Below, piece after piece: positions 19,889 to 30,378 of a stretch of 64,000 nucleotides of DNA. The DNA is taken from assembly GCA_963799845.1 (NCBI GenBank), contig CAWCYI010000006.1, positions 480,001 through 544,000 on the forward strand, given 5' to 3'. The notes under the pieces are model-generated. The model saw only the letters and a list, made by a program, of their open reading frames with translations. It made no database searches and was not told where the DNA came from. The position numbers and the translations under genes were made by a program. The stretch comes from an uncultured Nitrososphaerota archaeon (lineage in GTDB: Archaea; Thermoproteota; Nitrososphaeria; Nitrososphaerales; CADDZS01). Within the stretch, counting starts at the first letter, position 1. The number at the start of each line of letters is the position of its first letter.

Positions 19889-22800
19889 TCACTCGTTTCT
19901 CACTTCGACCTCCATTCCGCTCTTGTACCTGATCACTTTGGAGCTTCCCTGCGTCATGTAGACTCCAATGACCGAGGTAGCTTTCGAAACTACGGTGTCT
20001 TTCAGGCTGACAATGATGATCTGAGAGTGGGCGCACCGCTCTGCGAGAATTGCCGCAAGGTTGCCGGAGTAAACGCTGTCAAGATGCGCGTCAACTTCGT
20101 CGAACACGTAGAAGGGCGAGGGAAAGACTGCCTGAATCGCGAGGATGAACGCAAGCGCCGACATTGTTTTTTCGCCGCCGCTGACCGAGCTCGAATCCCT
20201 CGGGAGTTTTCCGGGAAATTGCGCCATGAGGAAGACTCCGCTGTCGAAAATCGAATCGGGCTTTTCAATTTCAAGCCATGCGCTCCCTCCCGTCACCTTC
20301 GCGAAGATCACACGTAGCTCTCGATCGATCCTCTCGAACGCGTCCATGAACACCTTTCTTTTTTCGGAATCAATCGTCTCGATGAATGTGACAATTGCGT
20401 TTCGCTCTTTTTCTAGATCGTTTTTCCTGACGGAGGAGTACTTGTAATTCTCAAAGATTTCTCGATAGTTCTTGTCGGCGTTGAAGTTGACATTCATTCG
20501 CAGGGAATCGAATTCAGCCTGGAGCTCCTTCAGGAGCTCATCGACTCCTTCAAAGACCTCAACCGGTTCCGCGTACCCAAGCATTGCGAGCTCGCTAACT
20601 AGACTCCTCTCGGATTCCAAGTATCTGGAAAGGTCGTTGTTCGCGGAAAAATATTCCCGATCTGCAATAGCCAAATTCTTTCTAACAGATTCTTCTTCCA
20701 TTTTCAGCGACTTTAGACTGGAGTCAAGTGAATCAAGCAGCGGCTGGTACTTTGCGGCCCTGTCAAGGGTCTCGGCCTCTTTGATCTTCAGCTGATCAAG
20801 ATCCTTAAGCAGTTGCTCTAACCTTGCCGCAGTATCTAGCAGGAACTTTGATCGGTCGGCAAATCTCGTCTCGCTCTCCAGCTTCTGAGCGCGAAGACGC
20901 TCCAGAGCGGGCTTCTGGTTGTTCTCGAGCTCGCCGCGAATCCTCGTTATCTCGGTGGTGGTTTCTCTGATGTCGGACGAAACTCTGTCCATCTTGGCGT
21001 CGAGATCATTACGCCTACGATTTAGAGCACCGGACTTCACGTCAAACGTTGTCAGATCGAAAACGGAAAGCAGCGACCCTAACTTGTCGGAGCCGAGAGA
21101 CAAAGCAGAAATTCTTTTCTGAAAGGAACCAATTTCACTCAAAATTCTTGCAATTTCCTTATTGGATTGCTTTTGGCGCTCGATGAGAAGTTTGGTGTCG
21201 TCCGCATAGCGGGAGACAAACTGCCTGGTAGTTTCAAGCCGCGTCTCGATCTTGGATATTTCGAGGTCGTGCTCGTGCTCTCCACTTTCCAGATTCTGGC
21301 CCTTCGAATGCAGATTCGAGATCGAGGACCTTCTCCGCGCTATCAATTTTTGGAGCGAAGTCAGAACGTTCCTGATCCCATCGTCACTCTGTTGCTGGGC
21401 GAGAAGAGTTGCAACCTGAAGATACTTTTTCGAATAACCAGTCTGGAATGCAAGAACATCCGGCTCAAAAATATCACCTTGGAGGGTCACAGCCCTAAAT
21501 CCCTTCCTCGCCAAGATGAAAGCATTCTTCGCCGAATCGACGATAACCGCATCGCCGAAGACAAAATCGACGACATCACGCAACTCGATGTCAGTATCTA
21601 TGATATCTGACACGTAGGCGAGTACTCCCGGCAGCTCCAACTTCTCCTGAGTTTCTATCTTGCCTACTTCGCGAAGTGGGATCGCCGTCAAACGACTGAT
21701 CTTCATCTTCCGAGCCGCTTCCGTCACTCGAAGTAAGGCCGAGAGATCGCTTACGATCACCGCGTTCAGCCAGTCCTTGCCGACGGCAGTAACGGATTGA
21801 GCATATTCCTGATCATAGCTGACCAGAGATCGCAGCGGGCCATAGTATCCTCTGAGCGCGTTCGACCGTCCAAGCTCGTCGAGCTTCATTATTGCAATGT
21901 CCTCGCCCGCGACATTTTCAATCGCGGAAAATTCCGAATCATAGTCCCTTACAGCTTCCGTTGCCTTTTCGAGAATCATTAAAGCGATGCCGAGCTGCGC
22001 CTCAACCTTCCTACCGAGCTTTTCCATTTTGACCCTCGAAGACCTGAGATCATCTAGTTCGGAGCGCTGAAAGCCCAGCAGGTCTTCCAATGACTGGATG
22101 TTTTTCTTCGCCGACGCCAGGTTTTCTTCAAAAAACTTGATCTTCTCTTGAGTCGAAGACTTTCTGTTCCGAGCAGACTGGAGCTCGGAATTCAGCTTGT
22201 TGTATCTGTCCCGGGCAGCTTGAAGCTTTTGATCCTGCAGTTCCTTGGAGCTTCGTAGCTCGCTCAGCCGCTTTCGAGATAGCTCCATTTCCTTCTCGAA
22301 ATCGGTTCGATCTGTGGAGAGCTGATTTTGATGGATAACAAGATCGCGTTTTTCAGATTCAAATCCCGCAATCTTCTGCTGGAGCGAGACTACTTGCTCT
22401 TCCAGCTGGATTATCCTTGTTTGCTGAGATGAACTCATCTGGTCGAGCGTGGGTATTATCTGCCGGATCTTATCGACGTAGTCGCCGGCTTCGAGTCTTT
22501 CACGTTTCAGAGATTCGATCTCGTTTGTCAGTTTACCTACTTCGAGCTCGACCTTTGCAGCGCCGGAATCCATCGCAGATTTGATTAGCAGACTCCTCTG
22601 GAGATCGGATGAATCGATCAAAGATCTAATTTCTGTTAACCGTGATTGCATCTGCTCTAACTTCGTACCCGAGTCAGAGACCATCGCCTTTCTCTGAGCG
22701 ATTGTCGCCTTGACCCGGAAAAGCCTTGAAGACAAGGAAACCGCGCGCATCCAGCTCACCTGTTCTTCCAGCTGTCTTACCCTCAGCTGATCGTTTCTCT

Positions 22801-23440
22801 CCGCTTCAAGCTGCTGGACCCTGTCCCTTATCTCGCCGATTTTTGCCATCGCGACCTCGAGCTTCCTGTCCGCTTCGTCTAGATTCTTCATGGCGAGGTC
22901 CTTTTTCTCGTCAAATTGCGCTACTCCGACCATCTGCTCTATGAGTTTTCGCTTTTCGTCAGGAATAAGCTCCGAAATCCGGGTGATCATGCCCTGAAGG
23001 ACGATATTCAGCCCTCTGGAGGTGATCAGAGCAACTTCTAGCAGTTCTGACAGGTTGTTGCGCTGGATATGCTTCCCGTTGAGCGAGTAGATGCTTTCGC
23101 CGCTCTGCTTCAGTTCGCGAGAAATTGTGACGGAATCGCTATCCAACGGAATCCTTCGATCTGAATTGTCGAACTGCAGCGTCACTTTCGTGGAAGATGG
23201 CTTCTGCTCCTCGACAGAACCATCGTAAATCAGACCACCGAGATTCGGAACTCTGAGAGTCTTCGCGCTGTTCTCGCCAAGGCAGAATAGCGTAGCGTCC
23301 AGGAGGTTGCTCTTGCCCGAACCGTTGGGTCCTGTGATTGCGATAAAGCCCTTTTCGATGGGGATCGACATTAACTTTGATCCGAGAGACTTGAAACCTC
23401 TCGTCTCAATTTTCTTGAGATATACCAAGACGCTGAACAC
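19889..23440 (-). CDS. smc: Chromosome segregation protein SMC
   Basis: GPNGSGKSN, coiled coils, hinge, SGGEK and FDEVDAHLD. Confidence 0.97.
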   Translation of the reverse strand: MFSVLVYLKKIETRGFKSLGSKLMSIPIEKGFIAITGPNGSGKSNLLDATLFCLGENSAKTLRVPNLGGLIYDGSVEEQKPSSTKVTLQFDNSDRRIPLDSDSVTISRELKQSGESIYSLNGKHIQRNNLSELLEVALITSRGLNIVLQGMITRISELIPDEKRKLIEQMVGVAQFDEKKDLAMKNLDEADRKLEVAMAKIGEIRDRVQQLEAERNDQLRVRQLEEQVSWMRAVSLSSRLFRVKATIAQRKAMVSDSGTKLEQMQSRLTEIRSLIDSSDLQRSLLIKSAMDSGAAKVELEVGKLTNEIESLKRERLEAGDYVDKIRQIIPTLDQMSSSQQTRIIQLEEQVVSLQQKIAGFESEKRDLVIHQNQLSTDRTDFEKEMELSRKRLSELRSSKELQDQKLQAARDRYNKLNSELQSARNRKSSTQEKIKFFEENLASAKKNIQSLEDLLGFQRSELDDLRSSRVKMEKLGRKVEAQLGIALMILEKATEAVRDYDSEFSAIENVAGEDIAIMKLDELGRSNALRGYYGPLRSLVSYDQEYAQSVTAVGKDWLNAVIVSDLSALLRVTEAARKMKISRLTAIPLREVGKIETQEKLELPGVLAYVSDIIDTDIELRDVVDFVFGDAVIVDSAKNAFILARKGFRAVTLQGDIFEPDVLAFQTGYSKKYLQVATLLAQQQSDDGIRNVLTSLQKLIARRRSSISNLHSKGQNLESGEHEHDLEISKIETRLETTRQFVSRYADDTKLLIERQKQSNKEIARILSEIGSFQKRISALSLGSDKLGSLLSVFDLTTFDVKSGALNRRRNDLDAKMDRVSSDIRETTTEITRIRGELENNQKPALERLRAQKLESETRFADRSKFLLDTAARLEQLLKDLDQLKIKEAETLDRAAKYQPLLDSLDSSLKSLKMEEESVRKNLAIADREYFSANNDLSRYLESERSLVSELAMLGYAEPVEVFEGVDELLKELQAEFDSLRMNVNFNADKNYREIFENYKYSSVRKNDLEKERNAIVTFIETIDSEKRKVFMDAFERIDRELRVIFAKVTGGSAWLEIEKPDSIFDSGVFLMAQFPGKLPRDSSSVSGGEKTMSALAFILAIQAVFPSPFYVFDEVDAHLDSVYSGNLAAILAERCAHSQIIIVSLKDTVVSKATSVIGVYMTQGSSKVIRYKSGMEVEVRNE

Positions 23441-23569
23441 TCCCGAATTTTTCGAATGGCTGCCATCAAATATTCTCGTTATTTCGTATTTTGATGAATT
23501 TGCTAGACGGCCGTTTCCGTCCCTACGTTTGAGAAGATGTTAAACATTGTGCCGATTTGAAACCGGTTC

Positions 23570-24520
23570 TCAAACAAATCGCGGCCCGCTCTGAATCAGG
23601 TCCGATTCGAATATCGCGTGGCGAGGGATAAATTCTGAAAACCGTTTCGAGAATATTCTTCGCTGCGCTTTTTCGACCAGACAGTGTATCGCATTACCTA
23701 TCATGTTCGGCGTGGCCCCCAACGCTCCTGAATCGACCGCCTTATCGGACAGCTCCAGCAACTTCTTCGAAGCTAGACCTGTTTTTTCTGAAAAGACTCT
23801 CGCTTGTTTCAGCAGATTCTCAGGAGTTGGATCATCAAGGATCTTTTCAAGAGATATTCTTCCGAACTTGTTTATCTTGTCGCGAGTACTTTCTTTCGAA
23901 AGAATGGGCGACTTTCTGATCGGACCGAAAGTGGCACAAGCAAGATAAAATTCATTGTAATCGGCTAGAATTGTTTCCGTCCTTCCAATCGAGTAACTGC
24001 CAGGCTCGGTCACTAGTCCTATGGCGCCCCCGCCCGAGGCAAGCGAAACAACGGTCCCCAAACCGGTCAAGTTTTGCACCTCTGCTGTATGGGCGAATCC
24101 GGATGCTCTAGAAAGCGTGAATTTGAGGTTAAACAGGTCGCTAATTGCAATCGAAGTAGCCAGAGCTCCGGCTCCGCTCGTTCCAAACCCCTGACCGATT
24201 GGAGGAGTAATTTCATGGTATACTTGAACTGGCGGAATCCCGAATTCTTCCCGGATTAGTTGAACTACTCGAAGAGAAGTTCTGGCACCCTTTGCTATTC
24301 GCCCTGCGAACCTTATTTCGTCCTTTTTCAAGTTAGAATTTGACGATACGAATGTAGTCGTACCTTTTTTGATTATGAATCCCCCTCCTCTGGCGCCAAT
24401 TCTGAGAGGATCTCGGATTTTTGTCCCATCTTGATTGCGATCGCAGATTTCGAAAAAACTGGAAACGCCCGATGGAACGTAGCACTTCTTCGATGTTTTC
24501 GGACTAAATTCTACGGGCAT
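23570..24520 (-). CDS. Pantoate kinase (GHMP family)
   Basis: PIGQGFGTSGAGA, AHTAEV...TGLGTV. Confidence 0.85.
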   Translation of the reverse strand: MPVEFSPKTSKKCYVPSGVSSFFEICDRNQDGTKIRDPLRIGARGGGFIIKKGTTTFVSSNSNLKKDEIRFAGRIAKGARTSLRVVQLIREEFGIPPVQVYHEITPPIGQGFGTSGAGALATSIAISDLFNLKFTLSRASGFAHTAEVQNLTGLGTVVSLASGGGAIGLVTEPGSYSIGRTETILADYNEFYLACATFGPIRKSPILSKESTRDKINKFGRISLEKILDDPTPENLLKQARVFSEKTGLASKKLLELSDKAVDSGALGATPNMIGNAIHCLVEKAQRRIFSKRFSEFIPRHAIFESDLIQSGPRFV

Positions 24521-24544
24521 TTGTTACGGACTGGTAGTTTCAAG

Positions 24545-25423
24545 TTATGCTGGAGATTTCTGCTCGGTACTCATCTTCGGTCGTGGAGATATCTGAGGTA
24601 GAAATGCTCCAATTACAAGGACAGCTATTGCAGAAAAAACGAACAAGACTTCCCAATTGACCGATCCTCCAAAGGCACTGACAACCGTCTTGACTCCTGT
24701 CAATCCCGAAATGAGCGCTACTGCGAGTCCGGCTAACACCAGAATTGCAACCAATATCGACCATGTCCAAACAATTTTCTTGTTCGGTTCACTAAGGTTG
24801 GGATACTCACGACCGACGGATAACTGGCTTGCGTATGGCCTCATAATTCGGATGAGTGGTGGAACGAGAATTATTACAAACGGAAACATCGTCCCAAACC
24901 AAAAAAGAAGAAGCCCAATCACCCATCCTACCGCCGATATACTACTCATTCCGGGAAACGGGTTTAAAGCGGAAAGAGGCAGGAATAACAAACCTAGAAA
25001 TACAACGCCAACCGCGGCAACCAAGTTCCCAACGAACAGTCCTGTCGTGGTCCCTAGGACAAAACCCCTCCAACTTTTCATTTTTTGGTAAACCCACCCC
25101 AGAGCGAGGAATCCTAGGAAATTGCCAATTCCTCCTCCTCCGACAGCCCAGAGGAATGTGCTCTTTCCAGCTGGAACAAGCGACAACATGTCACCGATGA
25201 ACGATCCAATAGCAGCTCCTAAGGCCGCAGGAAGAGGTCCAGCGGTTACGGCAAAGAAAGCTGGAATTACTACTCCGGGTCTAAATTCACCCACTCCGAA
25301 AGGAGTCTGGATGAAACTCGTTGCAATGTTAACAACTGCATAAAGTGCCGCGCAGATCGCTGCAGTAGAAACTAAAGAGGACCGACTTTTTGTTTGTGCG
25401 ACCAACAATAATAGTCGATGCAT
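24545..25423 (-). CDS. ECF transporter S-component-like membrane protein
   Basis: AALYAVV...EFRPGVVIPAFF...GSFIGD; ORF-track start trimmed because it overlaps the PhoU gene. Confidence 0.7.
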   Translation of the reverse strand: MHRLLLLVAQTKSRSSLVSTAAICAALYAVVNIATSFIQTPFGVGEFRPGVVIPAFFAVTAGPLPAALGAAIGSFIGDMLSLVPAGKSTFLWAVGGGGIGNFLGFLALGWVYQKMKSWRGFVLGTTTGLFVGNLVAAVGVVFLGLLFLPLSALNPFPGMSSISAVGWVIGLLLFWFGTMFPFVIILVPPLIRIMRPYASQLSVGREYPNLSEPNKKIVWTWSILVAILVLAGLAVALISGLTGVKTVVSAFGGSVNWEVLFVFSAIAVLVIGAFLPQISPRPKMSTEQKSPA

Positions 25424-25470
25424 AAGCAATATATTAAGACTATATCTAAAATCTCTAGAGTTATCTAGAT

Positions 25471-26457
25471 ATGCAGATGCGCAAGCTGCAGGAAATGGGA
25501 GGAGCAACTCTACTCGTATCTCTGCCCAAGGAGTGGGCTCGGAGTGCAGCCCTAAAGAAAGGCTCTCTTGTGACCATAGATCAATCATCGGACGGAGGGC
25601 TTCTAATTTACCCTACGAAGGAAGCCAACGACGAACATGTGGGGCGAGAAATTGAGATTCAGTATCCCTCGAAGTTCAGCAACGAGGGTGTTTCCAATGA
25701 AGTAACGGCCGCATACCTTCTGGGTTACGATCTTATCAAGGTCAGCGGTCAGATTAGAATCTCTCCACGGGATCGAGACAGAATAATCTCGTCGATAAAA
25801 CTTCTGATAGGACTAGAAGTAGTTGAAGAAGATGCACACAGCATTACCAGCCAATTTCTGGTTGACAACACAGTCGTCGAACCCAGCAAGATATTTCGAA
25901 GAATAAGCTCCATAGTGAGAGCAATGATCTCGGACACCATTAGGCAGCTTACTTCTAGCGAATCCACTGTGTTTGAATCGGTGGCTAAAAGGGACGACGA
26001 GGTGGACAGACTCCATTTTCTGCTGGTCAGGCTAATTCGAACGGCGGTAAGAGAACCACGTTCTGCAAGCAAGTTCGGTCTGTCTGCGATTGATTGCCTG
26101 GACTATCGAGTCGCAGCAAGCTCGTTGGAGACTGCGGGAGACTATGCCGTCGAACTTTCCAATTCGATACCTAGGCTCGGTCGCATCAGTCGAGACCTTC
26201 AAGTCCAAATGGCTGAAGTGAGCAATCTCCTCGACACGATCCAGTCCAACGCGGTGAGAAGTTTTATCCAGAGAGACTTCAAACTCGCGCAGCGAGTACT
26301 TGACGATTCTCTGAGATTGGAGAGGTTGATAACGGGACTCAGGGACTTTACTGACGGTTCGCTTCCCGAAGTTCTTCACCTTGCGGATACGATTGAACGG
26401 ATATCACGATGCCAGCGGGATGTCGCGGATCTCGTTTCCCCGATGGGCCCCGCATGA
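25471..26457 (+). CDS. PhoU-family phosphate uptake regulator with an N-terminal AbrB domain
   Basis: RKLQEMGGATLLVSLPKEW; RDDEVDRLHFL. Confidence 0.9.
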   Translation: MQMRKLQEMGGATLLVSLPKEWARSAALKKGSLVTIDQSSDGGLLIYPTKEANDEHVGREIEIQYPSKFSNEGVSNEVTAAYLLGYDLIKVSGQIRISPRDRDRIISSIKLLIGLEVVEEDAHSITSQFLVDNTVVEPSKIFRRISSIVRAMISDTIRQLTSSESTVFESVAKRDDEVDRLHFLLVRLIRTAVREPRSASKFGLSAIDCLDYRVAASSLETAGDYAVELSNSIPRLGRISRDLQVQMAEVSNLLDTIQSNAVRSFIQRDFKLAQRVLDDSLRLERLITGLRDFTDGSLPEVLHLADTIERISRCQRDVADLVSPMGPA

Positions 26458-26486
26458 AATTGATCTTGGATTCGGGTCTCCAAAAC

Positions 26487-27521
26487 TCTCTTATCAAACA
26501 ATTATTTCGCTCCATAGTCAACAAGGTTAGGCTGGGGGACTATTGGAGGAGCATCTGGAAGAAGCATGGCTATGGGTCAAGAAGCTTTCAGAGGAAAAGG
26601 TGGTGTGGGTGGTCAAGGCTAGAGAGAGCGGCCTTGCAGCCAGGGATATCGCATCAACCCAGAACATCACCGTGAGAAGAGTGGAGCAGCTTTATGCCCA
26701 ATACAGGGAATCCGGAGAGATACCATCTCTCAAGAAGGCAGGCAGAAAAAGAATCGAGATCCCAATTGAGGAGAGGAATGCGATCATCGAAGCTTCAAGG
26801 AAGTTTGGCGTCGGAGCCTGCTACCTCGTTTCAATCCTCAAGAGAGATTACGGCATCGATGAAACAAACCACATGCGAGTCTATAGCGTATTGAAGGAGG
26901 AAGGATTGTTGTACAATACAGCAAGGACGCGCTTCAAGCGCAAGTGGATCAGATATGAAAGGGAGCATTCCAATTCGTTGTGGCACGTCGATTGGCACGA
27001 GATGAAATCGTCAGTATACAGGGGCAAGTGGCTGGTAATCTACGAGGATGACGCATCGAGGTACATCCTGGGTTATGGCGTGTTTGACTCTCCGTCGTCT
27101 GAAAATGCAGTGAGCGTCCTGAAGGAAGCGATCAGGGAACATGGCAGACCAGCATCAATCCTCTCAGACAGAGGTACATCCTTCTATGCGGTCGAAGCTG
27201 AAACAAAAACGAAAGGTCTCACTGAATTCGAGCTCTATCTGATGAGGAATCACATCAAACATATTCTTTCAAGAGTGAGACATCCCCAAACCAATGGAAA
27301 ATTGGAGAAGCTCTTTGATACGGTTGAAAGAGGACTCGCGAAGGGATTCTCTCCGATTGAGGAGTGTGTACGCTGGTACAACTGCATCAAGCCCCACGGA
27401 GCCCTTGATCTGGAGAGAGCTGAAACTCCACTGGAAGCCTACTACAGGAAGATGGAAATAAAAGAGGAACTCATAGATCCTTCAATCATGTGGGAGAGCG
27501 AAATGATTCTTTGATAGAACA
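26487..27521 (+). mobile_element. IS481-family insertion sequence with a 15-bp target duplication
   Basis: Imperfect TIRs TATCAAAcAATtATTTCGCTC; TCGGGTCTCCAAAAC at 26472-26486 and 27522-27536. Confidence 0.9.
26543..27514 (+). CDS. IS481-family DDE transposase (rve)
   Basis: LWHVD, DDASR, SDRG, HPQTNGKLE, YN..KPH. Confidence 0.93.
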   Translation: MEEHLEEAWLWVKKLSEEKVVWVVKARESGLAARDIASTQNITVRRVEQLYAQYRESGEIPSLKKAGRKRIEIPIEERNAIIEASRKFGVGACYLVSILKRDYGIDETNHMRVYSVLKEEGLLYNTARTRFKRKWIRYEREHSNSLWHVDWHEMKSSVYRGKWLVIYEDDASRYILGYGVFDSPSSENAVSVLKEAIREHGRPASILSDRGTSFYAVEAETKTKGLTEFELYLMRNHIKHILSRVRHPQTNGKLEKLFDTVERGLAKGFSPIEECVRWYNCIKPHGALDLERAETPLEAYYRKMEIKEELIDPSIMWESEMIL

Positions 27522-27572
27522 TCGGGTCTCCAAAACGGAAACGAATATAAGATTAAGCTGACAATCAAAATT

Positions 27573-29237
27573 ATGCCCGCAGTCTCTGAATATTCTACGC
27601 TTTCTCCCAATTCTTCCACGCCCCGCAAGTATGTCTTTGTGACAGGAGGCGTCATGTCTGGTCTTGGTAAGGGAATCTCCTCAGCCTCGATAGCCAAGCT
27701 TCTGCAGTTGTGCGGCTTTTCTGTTAGTTGTTTGAAAATAGATCCGTATCTCAACGTCGATGCGGGTACCATGAACCCCGTGGCACACGGCGAGGTTTTC
27801 GTGACCGATGACGGTGGCGAAACCGACATGGACATCGGCAACTATGAACGATTCCTGGACGTCAATCTAACTAGAGATCACAACATGACCACCGGGTCAG
27901 TCTATCTCAAGGTCATTCAAGAAGAGAGAAGCGGCAAGTATCTCGGAAAGTGCGTCCAGATCATTCCGCACATAACCGACGCAATAAAGGAAAGAATCAG
28001 ACATGTAGCTAATCAAGCAAACACCGATATTCTGCTCGTCGAGTGCGGTGGCACGGTCGGCGACATAGAGAGCCTCCCATTTCTTGAGGCATTCAGACAG
28101 ATGAGACTCGAAGAGGGTGCATCCAATTCTGTTTTTGTTCATGTTACCTTAGCTCCTGTACTTGAGACTGTGGGCGAACAGAAAACAAAACCTACCCAGC
28201 ACAGCGTTCAGGAACTTCGCAGAATCGGTATACAGCCAGATGTGATTGTTGTTAGATCCAAGAATAAGCTGACGAAGGAGTCCCGCGAAAAAATTTCGCT
28301 ATTTACCAGTGTCGAGTTGAAGAGTGTTATCTCAAATCCCAATGCAAAGTCGATTTACCAGGTACCTGAGATTCTCCGTTCAGAGGGCATAGTCGAAACC
28401 ATTTGTGAAAAATTGAGACTGACCCCGAACACGTTCAACTACGAAGCATGGCAGAAAGTGGCGGACCAGTTCGTCACTACAAAAGACGCGATAAAGATTG
28501 CGATGGTCGGGAAATACGTTTCGCTAACAGACAGCTACGCCTCGGTTAATGAGGCGCTGTCGCACGCGGGAGCGCAACAGGGATTGAGTGTAATTGTCGA
28601 AAACGTCGATTCGCAAGAGTTCGAGATAAGTCCCGACTCGATATCCAAACTGGCCGAGTACCATGGTATTTTGATCCCACAAGGATTCGGGAAAAGGGGA
28701 AGCGAAGGAAAAATACTTGCAGCTAATTACGCGAGAGAAAACGCGATCCCGTATCTCGGTTTGTGTTTTGGATTTCAAATGGCGATAGTCTCTTTCGCTA
28801 GATTTGTTTTAGGACTCGTGGACGCGAACTCGACCGAACTGAATTCTGCGACAAAAAATCCCGTAATCGACCTTCTTCCCGAACAAAAGCAGGTAAAAGA
28901 CCTCGGTGGTTCGATGAGACTAGGAGGGCACGAGATAAACATCGTTGACGGGACGATGGCTTCAAGGATTTACCAAAAGCAACAAATTCGAGAGAGGCAT
29001 CGGCATCGGTACGAACTGAACCAATCGTACTTGCCATTATTCGAGAAGGCTGGGATGCATTTCTCGGCTTTTAGCGACAGCGGAAAAAGAACAGAGATTC
29101 TAGAGATCAGGGAACACCCGTTCTTTTTCGCGACTCAGTACCATCCCGAATACATTAGCCGGCCTGGGAAACCGGAGCCGAGTGACTTTAGTTTCGTAAA
29201 GGCCGCCGCCTCAAGAAAGGTTACCGTACTTGCTTAG
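27573..29237 (+). CDS. pyrG: CTP synthase
   Basis: VTGGVMSGLGKG, KTKPTQHSV, GLCFGFQ, QYHPE. Confidence 0.98.
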   Translation: MPAVSEYSTLSPNSSTPRKYVFVTGGVMSGLGKGISSASIAKLLQLCGFSVSCLKIDPYLNVDAGTMNPVAHGEVFVTDDGGETDMDIGNYERFLDVNLTRDHNMTTGSVYLKVIQEERSGKYLGKCVQIIPHITDAIKERIRHVANQANTDILLVECGGTVGDIESLPFLEAFRQMRLEEGASNSVFVHVTLAPVLETVGEQKTKPTQHSVQELRRIGIQPDVIVVRSKNKLTKESREKISLFTSVELKSVISNPNAKSIYQVPEILRSEGIVETICEKLRLTPNTFNYEAWQKVADQFVTTKDAIKIAMVGKYVSLTDSYASVNEALSHAGAQQGLSVIVENVDSQEFEISPDSISKLAEYHGILIPQGFGKRGSEGKILAANYARENAIPYLGLCFGFQMAIVSFARFVLGLVDANSTELNSATKNPVIDLLPEQKQVKDLGGSMRLGGHEINIVDGTMASRIYQKQQIRERHRHRYELNQSYLPLFEKAGMHFSAFSDSGKRTEILEIREHPFFFATQYHPEYISRPGKPEPSDFSFVKAAASRKVTVLA

Positions 29238-30221
29238 AGCAGGCCACAATTCATCCTGAACGGACTTCTCATTGATTCTCCGCCTACTTCCAGCAGACAT
29301 GATCCACTCGCCTTGCTCTCGTGGCAGGAATCTTCCGATCTCGGTGCAAAGAATTTTCTCAGCTTTCAATTGATTCACAATCGAATCAACATCCGACTTT
29401 TCACATGCGATCAGCAAAGAGCCCGATCCTATAAGTTTCAACGGATCGATTTTCAACTTTGAGCAAATGACTTTTGTCGAGCTGTCCAAAGGCACACGGT
29501 CTCCGAATAACTCGAATCCAAGCTCGGATGCCAAGCTCATCTCCAGGAGACACCCAATCACTCCTCCTTCGGTTAGATCATGCATCGCGTGAACCTTTCC
29601 GGTGGCGAAAGCTTCGCTGGCATCCTTCATTATGCTCAGTTTGTCCAATAATTTTCGACCCCGTTTCAATATCTTGGGATCTACCAATCTTGCAATTGCC
29701 GGCAGTCTCGAAAGTATGGACGTTCCCTCTATTCCTGCCGTTTTCGTCAGCAAGATAGAATCGTGGACTTTTGCGTCGGCCGCCGTGACGAACTTATCGC
29801 CCGATCCAAACGCAGTGACCATGATTATTTGCCGTTTGAGATTGGGAGTAATCTCCGTGTGCCCACCTGCTACGGTAATTCCGAGAGAGGACGCGGTCTC
29901 GTTTATTTCGTCCATGACTTTGACGATTGCATCACTTCGAGTGTCCTCGGGAAAGAGAGCGATTATGTTCAAAGTATCTGGCATGATCCCGCTAGTTGCC
30001 ACGTCATTCGCACTAACATTCACGGCGTGCCATCCGATCCGTTCAACAGCTCCTGTAATTGGATCAGAAGATGACACTAGATATTTTCCCTTAGATCGAG
30101 TGACGCCGACGTCGATCCCAATATTGGGAGCAACCACCAGACCTCTACTATTCATTGATCGAAGCATCGGCTCCAATATTTCGATCGGCAATTTTCCCTG
30201 AGGAAGCTTCTGACTGCTCAA
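29211..30221 (-). CDS. AIR synthase-related (HypE/PurM-like) protein
   Basis: DPITG, NDVA, GGHTE, MHDLTEGG. Confidence 0.85.
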   Translation of the reverse strand: MSSQKLPQGKLPIEILEPMLRSMNSRGLVVAPNIGIDVGVTRSKGKYLVSSSDPITGAVERIGWHAVNVSANDVATSGIMPDTLNIIALFPEDTRSDAIVKVMDEINETASSLGITVAGGHTEITPNLKRQIIMVTAFGSGDKFVTAADAKVHDSILLTKTAGIEGTSILSRLPAIARLVDPKILKRGRKLLDKLSIMKDASEAFATGKVHAMHDLTEGGVIGCLLEMSLASELGFELFGDRVPLDSSTKVICSKLKIDPLKLIGSGSLLIACEKSDVDSIVNQLKAEKILCTEIGRFLPREQGEWIMSAGSRRRINEKSVQDELWPALSKYGNLS

Positions 30222-30378
30222 AATTAAGCGGTCTTCTGAAAGTCGAGAATTAACTGTTTTGGAAGAGTTCCTGATAAATTGGAGCGCCTTGGAGGGAAGA
30301 TTCAGATGACACGGCGACGAGCCGTGAAGTTCCTGCTTCGATAGCCATTATTAGCAGCCGAGAAACCATCCAATCCGT

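Noticed and set aside
19751-22944. Plus-strand ORFs inside smc and similar antisense ORFs elsewhere
   Set aside because: Shadow ORFs of well-supported genes
25425-25470. dif-like AT-rich sequence (CTATATCTAAA)
   Set aside because: No matching second arm; better explained as divergent promoters
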